From: a virus
Taxonomy: Duplodnaviria; Heunggongvirae; Uroviricota; Caudoviricetes
Strand: one strand, 5' to 3'
DNA length: 64,000 nucleotides
IMG/VR virus record: IMGVR_UViG_3300046542_000259
Shown: piece after piece, positions 18,580 to 25,538 of the stretch
How positions within the stretch are numbered: the first letter of the stretch is position 1
Layout: every line of letters starts with the position of its first letter
Position numbers and translations under genes: made by a program
Notes under the pieces: generated by a model
Database searches by the model: none
Seen by the model: the letters and a program-made list of their open reading frames with translations, nothing else
Told to the model about the DNA's origin: nothing

Positions 18580-19167
18580 ATGATGCCGAAATCAACAGCT
18601 ACGGCGTACATCGATGTCCTGACCACTTTGTTTGTCATCTTCGTAACAATGTTTCTCTTATCTGAGGCTAAGAAAGCCGAAGAAAAAGGGAATCACATCG
18701 ATCCGTCTCAGTACCTCATAGAATTGACGTGGGACGACGATTCAGTTAACGATGTCGATCTTTGGGTGTCTAATGAAAAGGGTGAGATCGTTTTCTTCCG
18801 AGATCGTGAAATAGGCGGTATGACTCTTGATACTGACAATATGGGTATCAATAACCGTATCAAAAATGAATTGGGTGAAATGAAAAGTGCTCCCGGCAGG
18901 CGTGAAGTCATTAGTATTAGAGGTATTGTGCCGGGAACTTACACCGTCAATGTCATGATGTATGCCAATAGAACGCATGAGACGGAAAAAGTAAAGGTCG
19001 TGGTTCGTAAGCTTAATCCTTATAAGGAAATCACGGAACGCAGCGTTGATCTACTGGATGATGGTACGGAAGAAACTATAACCCAATTTACTGTGGATGA
19101 AAAAGGTAATTTCATTTCAAAGAATGAAACTGACAAGGTTTCTCTTTTCGCAAGGTTAAAGACATGA
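18580..19167 (+). CDS. ExbD/TolR-like N-terminal membrane anchor fused to an unrecognised beta-rich domain
   Basis: AYIDVLTTLFVIFVTMFLL resembles the ExbD/TolR transmembrane helix (FIDVMLVLLIIFMV) including the Asp. The remaining ~150 aa are unrelated. Confidence 0.35.
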   Translation: MMPKSTATAYIDVLTTLFVIFVTMFLLSEAKKAEEKGNHIDPSQYLIELTWDDDSVNDVDLWVSNEKGEIVFFRDREIGGMTLDTDNMGINNRIKNELGEMKSAPGRREVISIRGIVPGTYTVNVMMYANRTHETEKVKVVVRKLNPYKEITERSVDLLDDGTEETITQFTVDEKGNFISKNETDKVSLFARLKT

Positions 19168-19631
19168 TTTTTAGTATCGCTATATTCGGCCTTGTCCTAC
19201 TCACGCTTATTATTCTTGCTAAGTATAATTGGAAAATGGCAGTTGCCGCACTTATTCCGCTGACTTACTTAGGATACTATCAAGCCGTTACAGAAGTCCC
19301 AAAGTATTTTGGATATGCCGTTCCACTTAATTTCACTGAATTGGATCAAGCCAGATTTCTTGGCGGGACAATGAATGAGAAAACGATTTCCATTCTAATC
19401 ATGGAAAAAGATAAAACGGAACCGCGTCTAATCAGTATCCCTAATACGGAACAGAATAAAAAGGCTTTCGAGCAATTGCAGAAGACGGCGAAAAACGGTG
19501 CAGCCGTGCTTCGTAAAGGTGGCAAGAAGAGTGATAAACAGGGAGAGGGCGGTAATGCAACGCTCAACGCCCACGGCGATATTGAATCAGTACCTATGAA
19601 GGAACAGGAGATTATTAGGAAAGATGGCTGA
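19164..19631 (+). CDS. Membrane-anchored hypothetical protein
   Basis: Coupled ATGA start. N-terminal hydrophobic spans are followed by a Lys-rich soluble tail. Confidence 0.3.
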   Translation: MIFSIAIFGLVLLTLIILAKYNWKMAVAALIPLTYLGYYQAVTEVPKYFGYAVPLNFTELDQARFLGGTMNEKTISILIMEKDKTEPRLISIPNTEQNKKAFEQLQKTAKNGAAVLRKGGKKSDKQGEGGNATLNAHGDIESVPMKEQEIIRKDG

Positions 19632-19842
19632 ACCTTATTTTTACGTCGATGACGAATTATGCACCGCGTATGTCGAAAAAGTTACATGGTTCTTTTTCTG
19701 GAATCAGTGGTATTGGAACGCCAAATTTTATAATAAGAAAGAAGCTTTAACTCCTCATGCTATTTATGATGGTTATGCAGATTCTGAAGACGAAGCCTTT
19801 AAAGCTATTTGCGATCAATATAAGGTGGAGAAGCACAGATGA
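19624..19842 (+). CDS. Hypothetical protein
   Basis: Coupled ORF. Confidence 0.3.
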   Translation: MAEPYFYVDDELCTAYVEKVTWFFFWNQWYWNAKFYNKKEALTPHAIYDGYADSEDEAFKAICDQYKVEKHR

Positions 19843-20159
19843 GCGAAGCACCGAGAGCTTACACCAAAGAAGAAGTCAGAGAAAATTTTTTACAAGCAAT
19901 AAGAAGTCTTCCTAAGTATTGGGCCAATGTTGATAATGGCTACACCACTGAGGAAAAAATCTCTGGCGCGTTCCATTCCTTCCTAAGCCTTCTAGACGGT
20001 TCGTCCCACCTCCCATGTTTTGACCTTGTCCTTAGACCACATCACGACGACAAGGATTTTCATATCGAAGAAGGTGAAAATTATTATGAGGATGGAATGG
20101 TTATTAATGATGATTGTCTCCTTCATGAAATATTTTATAAAAGGATTATGACTCAATGA
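19839..20159 (+). CDS. Hypothetical protein
   Basis: Coupled ORF. Confidence 0.35.
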   Translation: MSEAPRAYTKEEVRENFLQAIRSLPKYWANVDNGYTTEEKISGAFHSFLSLLDGSSHLPCFDLVLRPHHDDKDFHIEEGENYYEDGMVINDDCLLHEIFYKRIMTQ

Positions 20160-20377
20160 CGAGAGCCGTAGCTGTTTATCAAGCCGAAGATGATAATCAA
20201 TCGTTTCAATTTGCTTTGTCACGTGAAGGTAAGGTGTATCGGCGCGATTTCAAGCGCCACACCCGATTTGGTAAGAAATGGGATAGCTGGAACATCACTT
20301 CGTTTGAAGAAGTGATTAAAACTGGATTTGATCAATTTAAACGCATTGACAAAGACGTTAAGGTTGTACTACCATGA
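20156..20377 (+). CDS. Hypothetical protein
   Basis: Coupled ORF. Confidence 0.35.
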   Translation: MTRAVAVYQAEDDNQSFQFALSREGKVYRRDFKRHTRFGKKWDSWNITSFEEVIKTGFDQFKRIDKDVKVVLP

Positions 20378-20565
20378 TTGTTAAGGGACTTATGATTATT
20401 TGGCTCAGTGCTTATAACAATGGTCAGACATTGACGGTACAAAAATTTGATACCGTGGCAGAATGTGTCGCGGCTAAGAAAGGCATTGTCCGCCATTACG
20501 AAGATGGTTGGGTCGGAATTTCTGACTCTGATATCGAATGCATCCCTTACGAAACGGTTGAATAA
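20374..20565 (+). CDS. Hypothetical protein
   Basis: Coupled ORF. Confidence 0.3.
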   Translation: MIVKGLMIIWLSAYNNGQTLTVQKFDTVAECVAAKKGIVRHYEDGWVGISDSDIECIPYETVE

Positions 20566-20566
20566 T

Positions 20567-20833
20567 ATGTTTTTAACAATTACAATTACTGCCATTATTT
20601 CCGGCGCTATTTCTGGTGCATTGGTTTATTACGCGTCTAGGAATAACAGTCATTTCAAGGTGAAACACAAGGTTCGCGGCACGATATATGAAGTTATTAC
20701 GAACGCAACGGTTCAAACTGAAATTCCTTTAGTTGATTATGATAGAGTTTTTGTGTATCGAGATATTGAAACAGGCGAAACATATGCTAGACGTGCCGCT
20801 GAAATGGATGATGGAAGGTTTGAAATTTTATAA
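20567..20833 (+). CDS. Membrane-anchored hypothetical protein
   Basis: ATG at 20567. N-terminal span MFLTITITAIISGAISGALVYY. Confidence 0.35.
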   Translation: MFLTITITAIISGAISGALVYYASRNNSHFKVKHKVRGTIYEVITNATVQTEIPLVDYDRVFVYRDIETGETYARRAAEMDDGRFEIL

Positions 20834-21309
20834 TGCCAACAATTACAAAAACTAAAATTCTGGTCAAAGCCGCGCTTTCGGGACAGAAGGATAAGCAAGG
20901 CGTTTCAAAATACGATCATTGTCTCCGTGTCGCGGACAATATGGTTTCTCTGATTCGTAGATATAAACTTAACGCGGTCTCGGATTACATCCATGTCGCA
21001 TTGCTTCATGATGTTATTGAAGATAGTGATATTACTGAAGACGATCTCCATATCTTTGGTTACAACAATAAGACGATTGACGCGGTAAAACTTCTGACAC
21101 ATGATGAAGGTAACGATTACAATGATTATATCGACGCGTTATGCGCCAGCGGTAATCTAACCGCATTGCTTGGCAAACTAGCCGATAACCTAGATAATGA
21201 TAATCCTGATCGCTTAGGCGGATTGGATGAGAAATTTAGATCGTACCTGACCAAGAGATATGTCGGGGTTAGGGAGAAATTAGAAAAGGCTATTGAAACA
21301 TGTCTGTAA
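20833..21309 (+). CDS. RelA/SpoT-type HD-domain hydrolase (small alarmone hydrolase-like)
   Basis: HCLRVAD...VALLHDVIEDS...GKLADNLDN matches the H..., HDxxED and KLADRLHN pattern of (p)ppGpp hydrolase domains. Confidence 0.5.
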   Translation: MPTITKTKILVKAALSGQKDKQGVSKYDHCLRVADNMVSLIRRYKLNAVSDYIHVALLHDVIEDSDITEDDLHIFGYNNKTIDAVKLLTHDEGNDYNDYIDALCASGNLTALLGKLADNLDNDNPDRLGGLDEKFRSYLTKRYVGVREKLEKAIETCL

Positions 21310-21566
21310 CAATGTTCTTCCTGATCTGGTACATCATTGGCGCGACAATGAAGTTGTTACGCCGCTGGCCGAACAATTTAGTATTTCCGAAGGTGACGCA
21401 TATGAAGCCGTCACTATGGCTATAGAAAGCTTGAGAGATTAGTTATGGAAACTTGGCCCGACCCTTTGGTAAGTATTGTCGCTATTGCGGCGGTATACTA
21501 TACCGTGAAGTGGATCATGATTATTATTAACAACAAAATTAATGGTACAAGGAATGGATTATTTTA

Positions 21567-21764
21567 ATGGGTACTCAGATTAATAATAATAATAACGGCA
21601 TTGGTTTCGTCGGTCTTCTCACAATCTTGTTCATTGGCTTAAAGCTAACCGGCTTTATTTCGTGGTCTTGGCTTTGGGTCTTGTCCCCGCTCTGGATCGC
21701 GTTTGGTATTTGGGGTTTCGTGATCCTTGTCGCCCTTCTAGCTCTTTTGATTGTAAATAAATAA
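21567..21764 (+). CDS. Small membrane protein
   Basis: Two hydrophobic spans. Confidence 0.3.
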   Translation: MGTQINNNNNGIGFVGLLTILFIGLKLTGFISWSWLWVLSPLWIAFGIWGFVILVALLALLIVNK

Positions 21765-21845
21765 TTATGGCTAAATTAGAAGAGCTTAGAACAAAAAAAG
21801 GATTGTTTGTGGATTGACAAACGGCTCACAATGCTGTAACCTCCT

Positions 21846-22094
21846 GTGGCTTATCAATTTTACGGGAGGTTTGAAATGTTAGCTCTAATCGGTGCCTTAA
21901 CCACCAATGTCATCTTTATCCTAAATGGTCAGGTTCAAGTCGGTGAAGTTGTCAAAGAATCGGGGAACGTGGTTTACGTAATCCCTTGTGAAAATTACAA
22001 TAAGTTGAATCGGATTCAGTTGAACAAACGAGAAGTCGATGTAGTGGATTGGACTTGCCGCGACTATAACGAATTTGTGAGGGAGGCTAGGTGA
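21846..22094 (+). CDS. Hypothetical protein
   Basis: ORF with no recognised motif. Confidence 0.3.
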   Translation: MAYQFYGRFEMLALIGALTTNVIFILNGQVQVGEVVKESGNVVYVIPCENYNKLNRIQLNKREVDVVDWTCRDYNEFVREAR

Positions 22095-22324
22095 TGAGAT
22101 ATTTAATGATTGGAGGCTTCATCACTCTTATGGCTTCAAGCGCCACGGCCCAAGATGTGTTTTCTATCCCCGGTGATACCCTTCCTCCTATCGATGAAAC
22201 TTACGAATTTAAAGATACTTCGTATTACACCATCAGAGAATTTACGCCTAAACATGGAAACAAGATTTGTGTCGTGGTGACTACATTTCAAGGAGTAGCC
22301 ATGGATTGCTACGATAGGAAGTGA
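22091..22324 (+). CDS. Secreted or membrane-anchored hypothetical protein
   Basis: N-terminal hydrophobic signal-like segment IGGFITLMASSATAQ. Confidence 0.3.
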   Translation: MMRYLMIGGFITLMASSATAQDVFSIPGDTLPPIDETYEFKDTSYYTIREFTPKHGNKICVVVTTFQGVAMDCYDRK

Positions 22325-22325
22325 C

Positions 22326-22529
22326 ATGTCGTTGTTTATAAATTGGATCATCTACGGCATAACTATTTGGGCCATTTATCTTGTCATGGTGATTAGTGCG
22401 TTTCATGTCGTGGATCGTTATGGTCAATTTCGGCATATGGTCTTTTACATTTCTACGGTTCGGACCTTGTTATGGGTCATCCCTCTTTCTTGGCTTTGTT
22501 ATGGAATCTATTTGGTACTTGGAATTTAA
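22326..22529 (+). CDS. Small membrane protein
   Basis: Three hydrophobic spans. Conflicts with the overlapping ORF 22396. Confidence 0.25.
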   Translation: MSLFINWIIYGITIWAIYLVMVISAFHVVDRYGQFRHMVFYISTVRTLLWVIPLSWLCYGIYLVLGI

Positions 22530-22731
22530 AAGAGTTTGGTGTTATCCAAAGCTTTGGCGAAAGTGGCTCCCTCGATTCAGTCGCTGTGAATATTGTAATG
22601 AATTTCATATGACTTCATTTCATGAAATTACTTTTGCTTCGAGTCGTAAAGCTTGGCTTTGTGATGTTTGCTCTGAACATAGTGATGAGGTTTGTCGGCA
22701 GGCGATGAGAGATTTTTATAGTTGGTATTAA
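22501..22731 (+). CDS. Hypothetical Cys-rich (zinc-ribbon-like) protein
   Basis: CEYCNEFH...CDVCSEH. Internal ATG of ORF 22396..22731. Confidence 0.25.
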   Translation: MESIWYLEFKRVWCYPKLWRKWLPRFSRCEYCNEFHMTSFHEITFASSRKAWLCDVCSEHSDEVCRQAMRDFYSWY

Positions 22732-22746
22732 TTTAAGGAAGTGTAA

Positions 22747-22974
22747 ATGAAAATTGTAATTGTGAATGGTGATACTTGGAGAGGGCTCTACATCAACGGA
22801 GTGTTGGTGTGTCAGGGCCATAACGTTACGGCAAGAGAATTGGGTGAAGCAATTTGTGAACGCCTGCCACGTCTCGATATGACTTATGATGAAAAGTACG
22901 CTGATCTGGATTGGCTCGACGGCGAAGGTTATCTCCCTGAAACTTTAGAAGAAGTGAAATTTGAAGATGGTTGA
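22747..22974 (+). CDS. Hypothetical protein
   Basis: ORF preceded by AAGGAAG. Confidence 0.35.
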   Translation: MKIVIVNGDTWRGLYINGVLVCQGHNVTARELGEAICERLPRLDMTYDEKYADLDWLDGEGYLPETLEEVKFEDG

Positions 22975-23362
22975 ATTAGAGATCGAAGACGAAGAATTTG
23001 ATGCGTTAGAAATGTTTAGCGAAGAATGGCATGAAGCCAACCGCATTCGCATCGAAAAATGGAACGCGGAACGTGCGGCTGAGGTAGAAAAGCTTAACGC
23101 CGAAGGTATTACCGGCGTGCTAGAAAGCGTGGCTTTCACTCAGAAAACGGAGTGGGACAATCGTTATCCGAATCTGTCTGGCCGAGTCATTATTGACGCT
23201 AGGGGTAGATTTAACTACCGAGACTTGGTTTATACGAGTAAATTGAAAAAGATTTATGTCAAGGATGGCCGAACCTTTGCCAAGACTCATTACTCAACCT
23301 ACGAGTTGATTGATTTTAATCCAGAAATTGTTCCAGAGGACTTCCGCTATGCCTACGAATAA
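22961..23362 (+). CDS. Hypothetical protein
   Basis: Overlapping coupled ORF. Confidence 0.35.
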   Translation: MKMVELEIEDEEFDALEMFSEEWHEANRIRIEKWNAERAAEVEKLNAEGITGVLESVAFTQKTEWDNRYPNLSGRVIIDARGRFNYRDLVYTSKLKKIYVKDGRTFAKTHYSTYELIDFNPEIVPEDFRYAYE

Positions 23363-23642
23363 ATACCCAAAAGAATATCTTCAAGACTTGATTTGGGAAG
23401 AAGAGATTCACGACCTTAAACTTATTGAAGATGAAATCACTGACAATGGTCGTTGGAGCATTCATCACGAGATGGTTTTCCAAGACGTTAAGTCAGGAAA
23501 ATTCTACTTGACTCACTATTCAGTTGGTGCTACGGAACAACAGGATGAACGTCCTTTTGAATACGATGATGACGAAATTTCTTGTAAAGAAGTTGAGCCG
23601 AAGGAAGTTACAGTGATTCAGTACATTGAAATCCCCGGCTAA
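23349..23642 (+). CDS. Hypothetical protein
   Basis: ATG at 23349 within ORF 23310..23642. Confidence 0.3.
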   Translation: MPTNKYPKEYLQDLIWEEEIHDLKLIEDEITDNGRWSIHHEMVFQDVKSGKFYLTHYSVGATEQQDERPFEYDDDEISCKEVEPKEVTVIQYIEIPG

Positions 23643-23664
23643 TTGTCTAATTGTTACGTCCCAC

Positions 23665-23692
23665 TTGACTTATTTTCAAAATCTGTTATATT
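23665..23692 (+). promoter_or_regulatory. sigma70-like promoter
   Basis: TTGACT (23665-23670), 16 nt, TATATT (23687-23692). Confidence 0.45.
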
Positions 23693-23737
23693 TTGGTGAG
23701 ATTAAACGTTGTGAAAGTTTTGACGAAAGGAAATGAA

Positions 23738-23977
23738 ATGACTGAGCAATTAGAATACGATAACATCTTCGATTCGATCTATCCCGACGAACCGGAAAAG
23801 GCGGCGGAACTCAAACTGATCGGAGAACTCTGCATGAAGCACGATATCGTCCCATTTTCAGGCACAAATCGTTACAAGGACATGCGAGACGCGGCGTCAA
23901 AGTTCTACGCCCTAGAAGCAGCTGGCGTAGATAATTGGGAAGGTTATGAAGAAGCTTTGGCGGATCAGGACGATTAA
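23738..23977 (+). CDS. Hypothetical protein
   Basis: ATG at 23738 with GGAAATGAA upstream. Confidence 0.35.
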   Translation: MTEQLEYDNIFDSIYPDEPEKAAELKLIGELCMKHDIVPFSGTNRYKDMRDAASKFYALEAAGVDNWEGYEEALADQDD

Positions 23978-24001
23978 TTTAATTCTAAATCACTTAAGCC
24001 C

Positions 24002-24030
24002 TTGACAAACACGTTATAGTTTGTTATGTA
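24002..24030 (+). promoter_or_regulatory. sigma70-like promoter
   Basis: TTGACA (24002-24007), 17 nt, TATGTA (24025-24030). The spacer contains the dyad ACAAAC...GTTTGT. Confidence 0.45.
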
Positions 24031-24067
24031 ATGATTGTTGAACCAGTAAAAGCATAAAAGGAATAGC

Positions 24068-24211
24068 ATGTCTAAAATTAATGAGAGCCGTACCGAAAAG
24101 ATGCGGGTCAAGAGCATGGAAGAACTTAAGGCAATTATCGAAAGCGGAAGCCTTAGCTCAGCCGCAGCGGAATACGAAATGAACCGTCGCATGGCAAAGG
24201 GAAATAAGTGA
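24068..24211 (+). CDS. Small hypothetical protein (47 aa)
   Basis: Hand-translated ORF MSKINESRTEKMRVKSMEEL... Confidence 0.3.
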   Translation: MSKINESRTEKMRVKSMEELKAIIESGSLSSAAAEYEMNRRMAKGNK

Positions 24212-24396
24212 TTAAACTATATCTCAAGGCTATCGCCGCAGCGTTTATAGGTATTGGGGCGTATGGTTACGTCGCCCCGGCCTACATTAGCTCAACCGAT
24301 AATGTTGAAGTCCTAATTGGTGTGCTGGTATGTCTATCCGCTCCCGTCGTAATGTTTTCAATTTTTAAAAAGGAGATTACAAAATATGTTTCTTAA
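24208..24396 (+). CDS. Small membrane protein
   Basis: GTG start coupled to the previous stop. Two hydrophobic spans. Confidence 0.3.
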   Translation: MIKLYLKAIAAAFIGIGAYGYVAPAYISSTDNVEVLIGVLVCLSAPVVMFSIFKKEITKYVS

Positions 24397-25228
24397 GAAG
24401 ATCGCCGCTCTCCTCCTGATCAGCGTTTCAGTTGTAGCATGTTCCAAGGTTCCGGCTGGTAATGTGGGCGTTAAGGTTTATCTGCTTGGTCAGGAGAAGG
24501 GTGTTGATAAAGAAATTCTAGGGCCGGGGCGTTATTGGATCGGAATGAATGAAGACTTGTTCCTATTCCCCACCTTTACTCAGAATTATTCCTTCACCGA
24601 AGAAGGTGAGAGAATGATTTTCCAGACCAAGGATGGTATGACGGTAAAGACTGGTGTTGGCGTTTCTTACTCCATCAATCCTGATAAGGTCTCTGATATT
24701 TTCCAGAAGTATCGGAAAGGTGTTGACGAAATCACTAGCATGGTATTGCGTAACATGATTCGTGACGCTTTTAACACTGAAGCCTCGACTCGTCCTATCG
24801 AATCGGTGTATGGCGGTGGTAAGGCCGCACTTATCGCAGCTGTTGAAAAGAGAGTCCGGGAACAGGTCCAGCCTATCGGAATCAATGTTGAGCGTATTTT
24901 CTTGATCGGTGAGCTTGAACTTCCTCCTCAGATCGTTGAACGGATCAATGCCACAATTGATGCACAACAGAAGACTCAGCAGAAACTCTTCGAAGTTGAT
25001 CAGCAGAAAGCGGAAGCGGCCAAGAGAATTGAAGATGCAAAGGGAGATGCTGAATCTATTAGGCTACGCTCCGAAGCAGAAGCTAAAGCTAATAAAATTC
25101 TAGCCGAAAGCTTGACTAGTGATTTGGTAAAATATAAAATGATTGAAAAGTGGAATGGATCGACGCCGAAGGTTACGGGTGGTGGTTCCCAAATTCTGAT
25201 CGAAGACTCTGAACTACTGAAAGAATAG
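24386..25228 (+). CDS. SPFH/band-7 (HflK/C-, stomatin-like) lipoprotein
   Basis: Lipoprotein-type signal LLISVSVVAC|S. An SPFH-like core (VGVKVYLLGQEKGVD...) is followed by a charged coiled-coil tail (QQKTQQKLFEVDQQKAEAAKRIEDAKGDAESIRLRSEAEAKA). Confidence 0.5.
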   Translation: MFLKKIAALLLISVSVVACSKVPAGNVGVKVYLLGQEKGVDKEILGPGRYWIGMNEDLFLFPTFTQNYSFTEEGERMIFQTKDGMTVKTGVGVSYSINPDKVSDIFQKYRKGVDEITSMVLRNMIRDAFNTEASTRPIESVYGGGKAALIAAVEKRVREQVQPIGINVERIFLIGELELPPQIVERINATIDAQQKTQQKLFEVDQQKAEAAKRIEDAKGDAESIRLRSEAEAKANKILAESLTSDLVKYKMIEKWNGSTPKVTGGGSQILIEDSELLKE

Positions 25229-25265
25229 TAGATATTACACTAACCCTAGAAAAAGGAACCCGAAA

Positions 25266-25406
25266 ATGATTAATCTTATCCTCGCCGCCGTCATTGTCTA
25301 TGCCGGTTATCAGGCTTACAAGACTTATACCGACCGTGGCAACTCAATTTCTCCTCTTGATGAATATTTTAATGCTTTTGTCAAGCGACTCCTACTCAAG
25401 AAGTAA
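25266..25406 (+). CDS. Small membrane-anchored protein (46 aa)
   Basis: AAGGAA RBS. Reads MINLILAAVIVYAGYQAY... Confidence 0.3.
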   Translation: MINLILAAVIVYAGYQAYKTYTDRGNSISPLDEYFNAFVKRLLLKK

Positions 25407-25429
25407 GTGATTGAAATTCCTAATAAAAA

Positions 25430-25466
25430 GCTCTGTCAAGAGATTGGCAGAGCTTTTTATTTTTTA
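25430..25466 (+). terminator. Rho-independent terminator
   Basis: GCTCTGTCAA / GAGA / TTGGCAGAGC followed by TTTTTATTTTTT. Confidence 0.65.
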
Positions 25467-25538
25467 AATTTTCATTTAATCCATTGACTTTTTTGTCTAA
25501 TTGTGCCATAAACACTCACACAATAAAAAGGCGCATTA

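Noticed and set aside
22326-22731. Two long overlapping + ORFs (22326..22529 and 22396..22731)
   Set aside because: They cannot both be full length. I kept the membrane-protein frame and a shortened Cys-rich frame starting at ATG 22501, both at low confidence.
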